Both the position numbers and the translations under genes were made by a program. The notes beneath the pieces were generated by a model, which saw nothing but the letters and a program-made list of their open reading frames with translations, was not told the origin of the DNA and did no database searches. From an uncultured Solirubrobacterales bacterium (lineage in GTDB: Bacteria > Actinomycetota > Thermoleophilia > Solirubrobacterales > 70-9): DNA of 64,000 bases. Shown here piece by piece: positions 9,511 to 19,595 of the stretch. How positions within the stretch are numbered: position 1 is the first letter of the stretch; each line of letters begins with the position of its first letter. The stretch lies in NCBI GenBank assembly GCA_963815885.1, contig CAWFIM010000003.1, positions 196,234-260,233 on the forward strand. The letters run 5' to 3'.

Positions 9511-10578
9511 TCAGCACTCAATCCGCCCCGCCTCGCGACCCGGACCGGGCTGCCAAGCTACGCCGAAAAACGCGACATCAAGCGACGGGCGCAAGACAAA
9601 ACCCAAGCAGCTCCCATCAGCATTCACCTGCATCACTGCGCTGCCATATCCCAGTTCTTCAGGTTCCAGCCATTCCGGCAGGTAACGCACGAAAGCCAAG
9701 CGCTCTCCCGACGGATCCCAACTCTGGGAGTAATCGCTTCCCGGGCTGCTGGTCACCCGTCGCAAGCCACCGCCGCCCGACCTGACCGTAAAGAGATCGC
9801 TCCTCGATTCCGACTTTCCACCACGTCGGCGAACGTTTCGCCATCGTACAAACGCCACTCTGCTGCCATCCGGCGAATACACAGGATCGGCTGCCCGGCG
9901 CAAGAACACAGATGTCCTCCCGCTCGCCAGGTCTATCCTCACCACGCTCCACGATCCGCGCCGAGGAAAGCGGCTCGCCAGCAGATCCTCCCCGTCCGGA
10001 GAAAACGACCCGGCATACATCCAAACGCCGTTGCGCTCGGGCGTTATGCGCCGCGCGGAGCCACCGAACACGTCAACGGCCCAAACACTCGCGCCACTTC
10101 TCACAAGTTCCTTCTTCCCGCGGCCGTTCACCCGAGATCGGAGCCGATAGCGCGTGAAGAAGACCGTCCGACCATCGGGGGCGAACTTGGGTTCATCCGC
10201 GCCACGGGTCCCCTTTAACGGCCTCAACTCAGACCCATCGGACGAACTGACGTACAGTCGCACTGCCCGTGGGCCCTCATCCAACCTCCCCGAAAGCGCC
10301 ACAAATACGACCATCGATCCATCCGGCGACCAAGAAGGCAGCGTGAATTCTTCGGGGAGCGGCCTCTCCTTCGGACCGCCCCCCGCCAGCCGCAGCGGCT
10401 GGGCACCGGTCTCGTCCACCGTCGTTAAGTCGAACCGATACGGGAAAAGCGTGTTCTCCACCACTGCTAGGCGCGGGCCGTCCGGTCCTACCAATGCAAA
10501 CGCAGAACTCGAAACGAGCGATGCCAAGGTAAGCGCAACGGACGCCCACATCAAAAATCGAGCTATGCGGCCAGCCAC
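9511..10578 (-). CDS. Secreted TolB-like beta-propeller (PD40/WD40-like repeats)
   Basis: Signal peptide MAGRIARFLMWASVALTLASLVSSSAFA, followed by repeated SPDG/APDG blades (WSPDGSMVVF, FAPDGRTVFF, FSPDGEDLL, YSPDGSRVAF, WDPSGERLAF). Confidence 0.65.
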   Translation of the reverse strand: MAGRIARFLMWASVALTLASLVSSSAFALVGPDGPRLAVVENTLFPYRFDLTTVDETGAQPLRLAGGGPKERPLPEEFTLPSWSPDGSMVVFVALSGRLDEGPRAVRLYVSSSDGSELRPLKGTRGADEPKFAPDGRTVFFTRYRLRSRVNGRGKKELVRSGASVWAVDVFGGSARRITPERNGVWMYAGSFSPDGEDLLASRFPRRGSWSVVRIDLASGRTSVFLRRAADPVYSPDGSRVAFVRWRNVRRRGGKSESRSDLFTVRSGGGGLRRVTSSPGSDYSQSWDPSGERLAFVRYLPEWLEPEELGYGSAVMQVNADGSCLGFVLRPSLDVAFFGVAWQPGPGREAGRIEC

Positions 10579-10605
10579 CCTAGAATCCTACCTTCGCAAT
10601 CGACT

Positions 10606-10914
10606 CTAATGTGGGGGCAATGCTGGCGGTGGGATACAAAGGCGACTCTCTCCTCGGCGTAAACGCATCGACGAAGCAAAGAACGTGTACCTCCCCCGAA
10701 GTGGAGTTCGGCATTGAGAAGAGCGGCTCACTGCGCCGGTTGGCGAAGCCTTACGAACGTCGCTCCAGCTGCTTCTCCCTACGGTACTCCAGAAAAGCTG
10801 GGGTAGATCAGCGTGTCCGTCAAAGCGAGGGCACTCCAAGCTGTTCGTCACCCCGTCCTGGGACTGAGTGGCGACCATGTCGTTGGCGAAGTAGTTCGTG
10901 CTCAGCGCCGTCAT
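10606..10914 (-). pseudogene. Orphan RHS-core remnant
   Basis: Only the first 24 or so codons (LSTNYFANDMVATQSQDGVTNS) match the main RHS protein ([22 protein letters not shown]). The rest has no RHS character in any frame. Confidence 0.5.
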
Positions 10915-10945
10915 TGCTTTGCAGGTGGCCAGCCAGTGGCGCTGC

Positions 10946-11185
10946 TCATTCGTCGTGATCGTCCACGTTTCGATTCGCTCGCTCGGTTTCCGCTCGGTAT
11001 CGCATCAAGCCCAAGGCCGCGGCGATCCCGCCTCCGACAGGCAGCACCCAGTGTCCCACTACCTGGGTGACGACCAAGATCCCGCTGGTGATCATGAAAG
11101 CCAGCGCGAAGAGCCATATCGTCACTTCGAGGCGCGTCCACCGCCGATTCCGTAGATAGCCAGGCTTATTCACCCGACGCTTCAT
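10946..11185 (-). CDS. 79-aa two-TM protein, candidate RHS immunity protein
   Basis: MKRRVNKPGYLRNRRWTRLEVTIWLFALAFMITSGILVVTQVVGHWVLPVGGGIAAALGLMRY... Its ATG lies 11 nt after the RHS stop. The ORF-track entry 10946..11422 overlaps the toxin gene, so I trimmed it. Confidence 0.5.
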   Translation of the reverse strand: MKRRVNKPGYLRNRRWTRLEVTIWLFALAFMITSGILVVTQVVGHWVLPVGGGIAAALGLMRYRAETERANRNVDDHDE

Positions 11186-11196
11186 GACATCTGGAC

Positions 11197-14100
11197 CTAA
11201 CATAAGCCCGCCAAGTCGCCCGCACCGGTTCCAGCAGCGAAGATACCTACAATGAAAGATGCGCCACCGGTTACGGGAGCCAGCGCAAGCCCAGTCGCCG
11301 CGACGCCCGAGCCCCACGCTATCCAACCGCAGGCATGCGCATCCTCTGATCCAAGCTGCGCTTCTCCTGCCGTTGCTTTCTCCGCCCTTTGCTGCACTTC
11401 CGTAATTTCTTGAGCATGCCACTTATTTACTTTGTTTTGGATGCGTTCGAGAAAATTGGGGGCGTGTTCCAGGTAGTGCAAGAAGCGTTCGGCGCCACGC
11501 TGGCTATTGAATTTCGTCACGATCGCACCCCTATTGTTCGCCCTGCGGGCAGCCTGCCTAATCGACGCGGGAGTCGGAGGACCGTAGCATTTCTTATGCC
11601 CAGGATGAGCACATTCCCCAGTTAGATCGAACCCGTTGATCGGGTCCTGATTCGCGTAGTCATACGCATTAGCCGCCCCTCCCATCACAGGATCGGGGGT
11701 CAAGAACCGCCCGATCTGCGGCACGTAACTCCTCGCCCCCATCTGAATCACGCCCGAGGCGAGTTCAGTACGCCGCTGCTTGCCTCCAAGCCACCCATAC
11801 CGGCCCGCGCTGCCAGAGGTGGGATTCCCGAACTCGTCATAGCCGAAGGTTTTTTTCAAGCTCGTAACCAGCGGACTGATCGCCGCGGTGGCGGCCACAT
11901 CACCGTGCAAGTTGGTCAGCTGGAGGGTGATTTCTGAGCCGCTTTCCTGCACGGCGGCGAGTTCCCCGCCGATCCCGGTGATGTTGCGGGTCCAGCTACC
12001 GCCCCGTTCGGTCCAGGCCGGAGAGTCCGATGCGTTGTCGTAGTGGAAGACTTCATAGCCTTCCAGGCCGCCACCGCCCTGCAAGCGCTGTCGCTGGCGA
12101 AGAGAGGCGTCGAGCTGGAAGGTGTTCGTCACTCCGTTCTGGGACTGGCTGGCGACCATGTCGTTGCCGAAGTAGCTCGTGCTCAGCGTTTTGCCGCCGG
12201 CGTAGGCGGCCGGCAGGCTGGTGATCCGCCCGAAGTCGTCGTAGGCGATGCCGGTTGCTTCGAGGCGGTCGGCTTTGTCGTATTTGTAGGTTTGGGTCGT
12301 GCCTCCCGACCCGGCGCAGACGCCGCCGAGTTCGGGGGCCCGGGTCGTCTTCGAGGTCCGATTGGAGTCCTTGTCGTATGCGTAGACGCGCGTCGTGCAG
12401 CTTCCTCCCGTAGGAGTTTCCTGCGCTGAGAGAAGGCGGCCGGCATTGTCGTAGCCGTAGCGGTCGGTGCCGAGGGTTCCGCTTTCGGCGAGGATCTGCC
12501 CATAGATCGAGCGTTCCAGGCCGAAATCGAGCCAGGTGCAACTGGCCCCGCAGGAGCTTGACTTCGTGTAGGTGAGGTGGACCGGTTCCCCGGCGGGGTC
12601 GAAGGTGGTTTTCACGGTCAGGCCGTCGGGAAGACCGCGTTCGACCAAGTTGCCGTCGGCGTCATAGCTCGCCGTGAAGACCCCCGCCGCGGAGTCTTCG
12701 AGTTCCACCGGCAGACCGGTTACCGAATCGTATTTGAGCGTCTGGCTTCCTTTGTTGTCGGTCACCGAGACCGGGCGACTCAGGAGGTCATAGGTGGTGC
12801 TCGCTTTGTTGCCGTCAGCGTCTTCGTAGGAAGTGGGCCGCCCGAGCGAGTCGTAGGTGCTGGTCGTCGCCTGTTTGTCAAAGCCGGCGCATTCTTCGTG
12901 TTCTTCGTCACAGACGAAACGCTGGACGTTCGGCAGCCCGAGAGCTGCGCTGTACTGCGTTTCCGTCTTCGGGATCGGTGCGCCGCCGCCTTCGATCAGC
13001 TTGGTCGTCTGGCGCCCTGCTGCGTCGTAGGTGAGCTTGGTCACGCGCGCCCCTTCGTCGTGCCCGCCGATGCTTTCCTTGACTTTCAGCGGCTCGCCGA
13101 GCTGGTTGTAGGAGAGGACTTCTTTGACGGGGAGGTCGGGAAGTCCCGGGGCTCCAGGCTGAGCGGCTGGCAACACCTTGCAGGGAAGGCCCGCGTAGGC
13201 GGTGCTTTCGCAACTGGGGAATTCCGTTTCTTTTTTGGCGGTGTAGTAGACGGTCTTCGTGGTCCCGGCGCCGCCGCCTTCGGGGTTGGAGGGCTGGCGC
13301 TGTTCGGTCGGCAGGCCGGTCGTTTTGTCATAGACGGTCACCGACTTGATGTTGAGCGCTTCGGGGTTTTCCCCCGCGGGGTCGATGATGGTTTCGGTCG
13401 GCTGGAGGAGCGTCCAGTCGTAGTGGGTTTCGGTGGTCCGCTGATCGGCGTCTTCGCCCTGGCCCGGGATGCTCGCTGCGGAGGTTTCCTTGGTAGGCAG
13501 ATGCGGCTTCGGGTTGCTCGCCGACCAGTTCCCAGGATTGTCATAGAGCACGACCCTGTGCAGGCGCGCTTCCGCCGTCCCGCCGGCGGAGAGGGTGACC
13601 TGATGCAGCGGCCCCCATTCCTCCTGCATCTCGGTCCCGTCGGAGGAATAGGTCCGATGGGTGTCGAGCTGCGCCGCCCGCGTCGCGGTTTCCCCGGCGG
13701 GGGCGGCGAGAGCCCGCAGCCGGTTCTGGGCGCTCAGTTCCCGCACGACGTTGCCGAACTGATCGGTTTCGCTCGTGCTTATCGAGGCGGCCGAGGTTCC
13801 CGCCCCGGCGGGCGTGGCGGTGTTGACGTTCATGCCGTCGGAGTCCATGTAATAGACGGTCGCCCGGGCGTAGCTCGAGGGCGGGCTTGAGGGCACTTCG
13901 GTAGGCGGGAAGATCGCGGTCGCGTCGACCGGGATGTCCTGCTGGCCCCATTTGGCGATCGTTGAGGGACTGAGGTCATATGGCGCGCCGCTGCCGCTGA
14001 GCGGCACCCCGTAGGCGATCGTCGTCTTTGCGGTCGCCGGGGAGGCAAGGAGGCTCGGGCGCTTTGCCACAACGAGCCGCCCTGCTTCTTCCTCTTCGTC

Positions 14101-16842
14101 GGCGAAGCCGTATTCGAGCGTCCAGGGCTGCTGGCCCGGAGGCGTGATCGTTTTCAGCTGGCCGGTGGCGGTGTAGGAGTAGGTCTCTTCCAGCGCCGGG
14201 GAGATGCGGGGGTCCCAGGCTGCGGAGAGAAATCCTTCGGGGTTGTAGACGTAGCGCGCGACTTCCCAGTTTTTCTGCACCCCTTCAGAGGGGCCGTAGA
14301 AGCTGATGGAGGTCAGCCGGTCTCCGTAGGCATACGTCGTGTAGGTGAACTTCAGGGATTTGCACCCGAACGTCGTCAGCGGCGAGGTTTCGCAGTTGAT
14401 CCCGGGTGGCGTCGGCGCGACGATCGTGTCCAGCCGCTTCTTCACCAAGTCGTAGTTCAGGCGCGAGAGGTTGCCCGAGCCGCCGAGCTGGGAGACCGAG
14501 ACCGGCAGGTATTCGCTGCCGCCGCTGCTGTTGGCAAAGGTCGTGCGTTCGCCTTCGGGAGTCGCCAAGACCAGCTGGCCGGAGCCGTTTTTGATCAGGC
14601 CGTAGCCGGCGAGTTCGGGCGGGGTGATGAAGCTTTCGCCCTGCTTTTCGAAGGCGATTTCGGCGCCTTCGGTCGTTTTGAGCAGAGCGTAGGCGTAGCT
14701 GAAGGTGACGGTTTCTTCTTCTTCGTAGGATTCCGTTTCTTCGACGATCTTGGCGCTTGCCCAGGGGCTGCCGCCGGCCATTTCCATCGCCCCGCTCGGT
14801 TCCCAGCCCGGTCCGAGGACTTTCTTCATTTCCCTTTGGTAGGGGGATTCGTTGTCCTTGTCCGGGATTTTGCTCAGGTTCACCCCGCGGGAGTTGAAGG
14901 AGCGCGAGAAGCCGAGCGGGCTTTTGAAGGCCGGGATCGTGGCGTCGGTTCGGGAGACCGAGAGGTTGCCGGTGAGCAGGTCAAGCGTCCCCGGTCCCAC
15001 TGCCGCGGTCGCGTCTTTCGGTCCCCCGAGGGCGCGGTTGACCTTCGCTTCGACCGGCACGCTCAGGCCGTCCTGGCTGCCCGTGGTGTTGAACAGGGCA
15101 CGGATCTGGATCGTCCCGCCTTTTTTCTGCAACGCGCTCGTCGCGTGGGCGGCGTCGAAGTAGAGCGTTTTGCTCTGTTTGACGCCCGAGACCGCCAGCG
15201 GCCAGCTCACCGCCTGGTTGTTGGCATCGCGAACGAGGTTGGAGGGGATCAGCTCGAAGGGTCCTTTTTTGCCTTCGCGATAGAGGAAGCTGACCCCGGT
15301 AACGCCCGGTTCTGACCAGCCCGCCTGCAACCGCAGCCGCCTCGCCGTCACGGTGCCCTCGCTCGGCAAGGTGACCTTGCTGGAGCTCGGCGCAGCCGCG
15401 TAGTAGGTGAGCGTCAGCTTCGGCCTCGTTTCGACCGGCGAGGTCGAGGAGGAACGGAAGGAGACGTAGCGGCGCGGGCAGACGCCGGCGGATTCGCATT
15501 CCGCCGTCCTGGTCTCGTTGTTCTGCTTGACGACGAGACCTTGATTTTCGATCGAGCCGGCAACCCAGCCGGCCACCAGTTTTCGCAAGCTTTCCGACTG
15601 GAATTCCCACCAACCCGCTTTGCTGTTGAGCGTCTGGGCCAGACCTTCGGAGTTGAAGTCCCCGCCGGGCGTCGTCCAAGGGTGATCAGCATTTCCGGTC
15701 GGCGATTCCCAGTTAAGCGCCGAGCTCCATGACTTCGTGACCCTGCGGGTTTCAAGGCCGGTGGTGTTCTCGGGGGCAGCGGGCGCGTATAGCCCGAGCA
15801 CCGCTTTGCTCACATAGGAGCTCTGGCTCAACGAGCCGCTGTGGTCTGATCCCGCTGGAAAGCGCAGAAACGTGCGAATCGGCTGTTTTTCTATCTGGCT
15901 GTAGGCGACGAGGAGTTCTGAGCCTCCGGTGGTGCCGCACTGGTGCCAGCCTTTGGGAGGCGACGTGCTTCCGAGGTCGCAATCGAGCGTCGAGCCCAGC
16001 ATCGTGATCGTCGGGTCGATCGTTGCCGGCCACTGCCGCGCTGGGTCCGAGAGCCATTCGCTGCTCGCGATGACGCTCAAGATCCACTTGCCTTCTGGGG
16101 CCTGTTCGAGCCCATAGTGCACTGCGCTCGCGGGAGCGGGTAGGCCGCCGCCGCTGTCGGCGATCGTCGGGGCCGGCAAGGTTGCGAAGTCGTTCCCCGC
16201 TTCATCGCGGATCTCGATCGAGCCGTCCTCGGCGAGTTCCGGCGTCAGGTCGCCCGATAGATCAAGCTCGAAGCGATATTCGTTGGGCTGGGAGGAGTTC
16301 TGCAGGACGATGCTCTCCTTGAGCCCGTCGCTGAGGCTCTGCAGCTCGAAGGAGAGGGCGCCGTTCGCGGCTTCATAGGTCGCGGTCGCTCCTTCTACTT
16401 CGGCGGTTTCGCTCGTCGGACCGAGGTAGCGATAGGCAACCCAGCTCCCTTCTTCGGAGAGGCGAACCGGTTCCTGACCCATTTCTTCGGGGAGATGGAG
16501 GTCGAAGGAGTTGGCGCCGTTGGTCACTCCCCCGCCCTGCGCTCCTTCGAGTTCTTCTTCGATGGGTTTCCATTCCCCGTCGGCCGTTTCGTAGTTGACC
16601 GGGGCTGGGAATAATTCGGTCTGTAGCTCTCCGCTCGGGAGCAGGTAGGTGTCCGAGGTAGAGGTGCGCTGGTCTGGCAGCTCGGTGCGCGCTGGCGCTT
16701 CTTCCCCTGCGGGCGGTTCACTCTCACCGCGGGCCACGCCGAGGCGGATGCTCAGGGACAGGCCCGTCATCACGAGCAGGGCGGCAATGAACCAGAAAAT
16801 GCCGCGGGTGATCGGGCGGTGCGCAGCGCTGTGAGATCGCAA
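11197..16842 (-). CDS. Sec-exported DNRLRE-domain / RHS (YD-repeat) polymorphic toxin
   Basis: Many YD repeats ([49 protein letters not shown]) and the RHS core end [17 protein letters not shown]...[12 protein letters not shown] propose a TTG start at 16842, preceded by AGGAGG-aatc and followed by the TM/signal segment [22 protein letters not shown]. The longest ORF reaches 17037. Confidence 0.9.
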   Translation of the reverse strand: MRSHSAAHRPITRGIFWFIAALLVMTGLSLSIRLGVARGESEPPAGEEAPARTELPDQRTSTSDTYLLPSGELQTELFPAPVNYETADGEWKPIEEELEGAQGGGVTNGANSFDLHLPEEMGQEPVRLSEEGSWVAYRYLGPTSETAEVEGATATYEAANGALSFELQSLSDGLKESIVLQNSSQPNEYRFELDLSGDLTPELAEDGSIEIRDEAGNDFATLPAPTIADSGGGLPAPASAVHYGLEQAPEGKWILSVIASSEWLSDPARQWPATIDPTITMLGSTLDCDLGSTSPPKGWHQCGTTGGSELLVAYSQIEKQPIRTFLRFPAGSDHSGSLSQSSYVSKAVLGLYAPAAPENTTGLETRRVTKSWSSALNWESPTGNADHPWTTPGGDFNSEGLAQTLNSKAGWWEFQSESLRKLVAGWVAGSIENQGLVVKQNNETRTAECESAGVCPRRYVSFRSSSTSPVETRPKLTLTYYAAAPSSSKVTLPSEGTVTARRLRLQAGWSEPGVTGVSFLYREGKKGPFELIPSNLVRDANNQAVSWPLAVSGVKQSKTLYFDAAHATSALQKKGGTIQIRALFNTTGSQDGLSVPVEAKVNRALGGPKDATAAVGPGTLDLLTGNLSVSRTDATIPAFKSPLGFSRSFNSRGVNLSKIPDKDNESPYQREMKKVLGPGWEPSGAMEMAGGSPWASAKIVEETESYEEEETVTFSYAYALLKTTEGAEIAFEKQGESFITPPELAGYGLIKNGSGQLVLATPEGERTTFANSSGGSEYLPVSVSQLGGSGNLSRLNYDLVKKRLDTIVAPTPPGINCETSPLTTFGCKSLKFTYTTYAYGDRLTSISFYGPSEGVQKNWEVARYVYNPEGFLSAAWDPRISPALEETYSYTATGQLKTITPPGQQPWTLEYGFADEEEEAGRLVVAKRPSLLASPATAKTTIAYGVPLSGSGAPYDLSPSTIAKWGQQDIPVDATAIFPPTEVPSSPPSSYARATVYYMDSDGMNVNTATPAGAGTSAASISTSETDQFGNVVRELSAQNRLRALAAPAGETATRAAQLDTHRTYSSDGTEMQEEWGPLHQVTLSAGGTAEARLHRVVLYDNPGNWSASNPKPHLPTKETSAASIPGQGEDADQRTTETHYDWTLLQPTETIIDPAGENPEALNIKSVTVYDKTTGLPTEQRQPSNPEGGGAGTTKTVYYTAKKETEFPSCESTAYAGLPCKVLPAAQPGAPGLPDLPVKEVLSYNQLGEPLKVKESIGGHDEGARVTKLTYDAAGRQTTKLIEGGGAPIPKTETQYSAALGLPNVQRFVCDEEHEECAGFDKQATTSTYDSLGRPTSYEDADGNKASTTYDLLSRPVSVTDNKGSQTLKYDSVTGLPVELEDSAAGVFTASYDADGNLVERGLPDGLTVKTTFDPAGEPVHLTYTKSSSCGASCTWLDFGLERSIYGQILAESGTLGTDRYGYDNAGRLLSAQETPTGGSCTTRVYAYDKDSNRTSKTTRAPELGGVCAGSGGTTQTYKYDKADRLEATGIAYDDFGRITSLPAAYAGGKTLSTSYFGNDMVASQSQNGVTNTFQLDASLRQRQRLQGGGGLEGYEVFHYDNASDSPAWTERGGSWTRNITGIGGELAAVQESGSEITLQLTNLHGDVAATAAISPLVTSLKKTFGYDEFGNPTSGSAGRYGWLGGKQRRTELASGVIQMGARSYVPQIGRFLTPDPVMGGAANAYDYANQDPINGFDLTGECAHPGHKKCYGPPTPASIRQAARRANNRGAIVTKFNSQRGAERFLHYLEHAPNFLERIQNKVNKWHAQEITEVQQRAEKATAGEAQLGSEDAHACGWIAWGSGVAATGLALAPVTGGASFIVGIFAAGTGAGDLAGLC

Positions 16843-17131
16843 GATTCCTCCTGAATGTTTTGGCCAAGACCAGAACCCGCGACACTCGCCGCGTACCAGC
16901 CGGGGACAGTGCGCGGCATGACGCAGCGACCCTGCTCCCTCCCTACTCACCGGATGTCTAACAGTCAGCCGATCTTCGTGCGACCTTAGTTTTAATGATT
17001 GTTCATTTTTCCCAGATGAAACCCTTAGCTCGGTCAAAATCGGCTGTCCGAGGCGAGGGTCATTGCTCCCGAAATGTGTGTTCGCCGGAGTTCGATATAG
17101 AGTCCCGGCGAGTCGTCCCGATGATCAGGCG

Positions 17132-18049
17132 ATGTCCTTCATGAGTGCGCCGCGCTCGGCCCCTCGCCTACTCGTCGGGACGTTCGAGCTGTACCTGCGC
17201 TACCCGTTCCTCTTCCTCTTTCTCGCCGCCGGGGTAATCGTCCCCTACGAACTGATCGCACTTACGGCGACCGGCACCGGAGCTTTCTCGCGCACCGATA
17301 CGAGCGCCGGCGCTCAGCTCTTCCTCACCCTGGCCGACTTTGCGCTGATCACCCCGCTGGTCTCGGCACTACACATTCACGCAGTTGCCGAAGTGAAGCG
17401 CGACCAGGAGCCTCGGATCGGTCCCGTCACCCTTCAGGGACTCAGGGTTCTGCCGGTCGTAGCCGCGGCGACGATCGCCTCCTGGCTTGGAATCACGGTC
17501 GGGTTCGCCTTGCTGATCGTCCCTGGGTTGATCCTCCTGCTGCGCTGGGCCGTGGTCGCGCAGACCGCGGCGATCGAGCACGAGGGTTGGCTGCCGGCGC
17601 TGCGCCACAGCGGCCGGCTGACCGCGGGGAACTACGGCCACATCGCAGTCTTCCTCGTCATCCTCTGTGGGATCGCGACCGTGCCGTTCATCATCGGCGG
17701 TATCGCCTTTGGACATCACGGCACCGGGACGGCCTCATTCCTCACCGGACTCGCGATTCGCATCTTCACCGCGTCCTTCACGGCACTGGCGGGGGCGCTC
17801 CTCTATTACGACCTCATGGCGCGCTGGGAGGAGGAACCTCAACCAGCTAGCGCCCAGAGAACTTCCTTCGATCCGCGTGCCCACTCGGACCTCGACCGTC
17901 CCAAGGGCTGGTACGTCGACCCCTCCTCCCCCAGCTCGATGCGGCACTGGGGCGGAAGCGAGAGGCCCGAGTGGAGCAGCCGCACCCGGACTCCCCGGAA
18001 GATCAGGCGGGCCTGGCGAACCGAGGACAAGGATGGGTCGCCTGGATGA
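17132..18049 (+). CDS. Polytopic membrane protein with C-terminal DUF2510-like motif
   Basis: Several TM helices, and the C-terminus GWYVDPSSPSSMRHWGGSERPEW resembles the GWYPDP...RYWDG..W motif. I chose the internal ATG. Confidence 0.55.
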   Translation: MSFMSAPRSAPRLLVGTFELYLRYPFLFLFLAAGVIVPYELIALTATGTGAFSRTDTSAGAQLFLTLADFALITPLVSALHIHAVAEVKRDQEPRIGPVTLQGLRVLPVVAAATIASWLGITVGFALLIVPGLILLLRWAVVAQTAAIEHEGWLPALRHSGRLTAGNYGHIAVFLVILCGIATVPFIIGGIAFGHHGTGTASFLTGLAIRIFTASFTALAGALLYYDLMARWEEEPQPASAQRTSFDPRAHSDLDRPKGWYVDPSSPSSMRHWGGSERPEWSSRTRTPRKIRRAWRTEDKDGSPG

Positions 18050-18070
18050 GCACCGCCTGGCGCTTGTGGA

Positions 18071-19570
18071 TTATTCGCCGAGCCCGGCGATCAGCTTTGC
18101 CGTGGTCAGGTCGCCGGCGGGGCTCGTGCCGAGCGCGAGGTATTCGATCCCCTTCAGGTAGGGCTTCGCCTGGCGGAAGTTCTCGTCGTCGGCGGGGATC
18201 AGGCCGCTCGCCAACTTCAGCGCCTCCGGGCCGTCGGCGAAGCCGCTGATCGGCGCGCCGCCGAGGGCGGCAACCGCTTCCTTGTAGAGCGGCCTAGCGG
18301 CGAGCGACTCGTCCGGCTGGGTGGTGAGCGCCCGGACCGCCGCCGGTAGGCCGTAGGCGATCGCGATCCGCTTCCCTTCGGCGGCGGCGACGATCGGCTT
18401 CGGGCCCAGTTCGTCGCTGCGGATCGAGAAGCCACTGGGCTTGCCCGAGATCGCGGTCACCCCTGGGGTGCCGCTGGCGCGCAGCAGCAGGCCGATGTTG
18501 GAGACCGTGTTGGTCGCTTCCCTCGAGCCGCTGGTCGCGAGCACCACGGCGCCGGCAAGGTCGCTCTTGCCGCTGCCTTCGGCGAAGACCCCGAGGTCGC
18601 CGATCGAGGAGGAGATCTTCTCGACGTCGATCCCGGCTTCCCTCAGGGTGCTCTTGAACTTGTGGGGCGGCACCTCGCCGGGGATGCCGTCAGCGTCGAT
18701 CCGGTCGATCGCTTCGCCGATCCGCGCGCCGAAGTCAGCTGAGGAGAGGGCGAGGGCCGAGTCCGCCGGCAGCGAGCCGAGCAGCTTCGAGGCGTCGCCG
18801 CTGGGCGGGCGCTCGCCGCCGGCGTCGGTGCTGAGGTCGATCTCGAGCTGGTCGGAACCGGGGACGAGGCTGGCGACCGCGGTCGCTTCGTCCGGATCGA
18901 TCCCGGCGGTGTCGAGGAATTGACGGGTTTCGGAGTCGATCGTGTCGCCGGATTGCTGGATCAGCCTGCCGATGTCGACGAAGACGTCGGCGAAGCTGCC
19001 GCTGGAGGCGGCATCGAAGGCACTCGCGAAACTTTCCTCGTCAGCCAGCGATTCGCCTTCGGAGGCGTCGACAATCGCCTTGAAGGTGGCCTTGTCTTCG
19101 GCGACGACAAGGAAATCGCCGACCACCCCGGCGATCGTGCCATCGTCGGACTCGCCCCGCTTGTCGACGAAGGCACGCGCGGCGGCGGCGTCGGTGGTCT
19201 GCACCGCGACGCCGTAGCCGTGGAAGTCGTCGCCGTCGTATTCGTCGAAGAACAGCCCGCCCCTTTCGCCCAGCCACGGCTTCACTTCCTTGTCGAAGTC
19301 GAGCTTTTCGCCCGAGGAGGCGGCCGAGCTTTCGAGTTCGGAGACGATGAACGAGCCGAGGCTGGTGTCGATGCCGCTGATCCGCTCGAACAGCGATTCG
19401 ACGTTCGACTTCTGCGCGCCCTGGGGCTGCATCTCGGCTTCGATGTAGAGGCTCGTCCGGGGCGGCGCCAGCGAGGCAGGATCGGGGGTCGCGCCGCCGC
19501 CTCCACCGCAACCGGCGACGCCGAGGGCGGTGGCCAGCGCGAGGGCCGGGAGGACGAGGCGCGCCTTCAT
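18071..19570 (-). CDS. Lipoprotein (DUF3352-like, tentative)
   Basis: MKARLVLPALALATALGVAGCGG contains a lipobox. I trimmed the ORF-track start at 19732, which would overlap glmS. Confidence 0.55.
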   Translation of the reverse strand: MKARLVLPALALATALGVAGCGGGGGATPDPASLAPPRTSLYIEAEMQPQGAQKSNVESLFERISGIDTSLGSFIVSELESSAASSGEKLDFDKEVKPWLGERGGLFFDEYDGDDFHGYGVAVQTTDAAAARAFVDKRGESDDGTIAGVVGDFLVVAEDKATFKAIVDASEGESLADEESFASAFDAASSGSFADVFVDIGRLIQQSGDTIDSETRQFLDTAGIDPDEATAVASLVPGSDQLEIDLSTDAGGERPPSGDASKLLGSLPADSALALSSADFGARIGEAIDRIDADGIPGEVPPHKFKSTLREAGIDVEKISSSIGDLGVFAEGSGKSDLAGAVVLATSGSREATNTVSNIGLLLRASGTPGVTAISGKPSGFSIRSDELGPKPIVAAAEGKRIAIAYGLPAAVRALTTQPDESLAARPLYKEAVAALGGAPISGFADGPEALKLASGLIPADDENFRQAKPYLKGIEYLALGTSPAGDLTTAKLIAGLGE

Positions 19571-19595
19571 GCAGCGGCGCATCCTGGCGGCGGCG

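Noticed and set aside
10611-11155. Plus-strand ORFs of 85-115 aa in the RHS-downstream region
   Set aside because: They are antisense to the immunity candidate and the RHS scar, with no motifs and poor coding character.
16843-17037. ATG at 17037 as the RHS toxin start
   Set aside because: The 65 extra codons are Arg/His-rich with no signal function. A TTG preceded by AGGAGG sits directly before the TM/signal segment. The longer form cannot be fully excluded.
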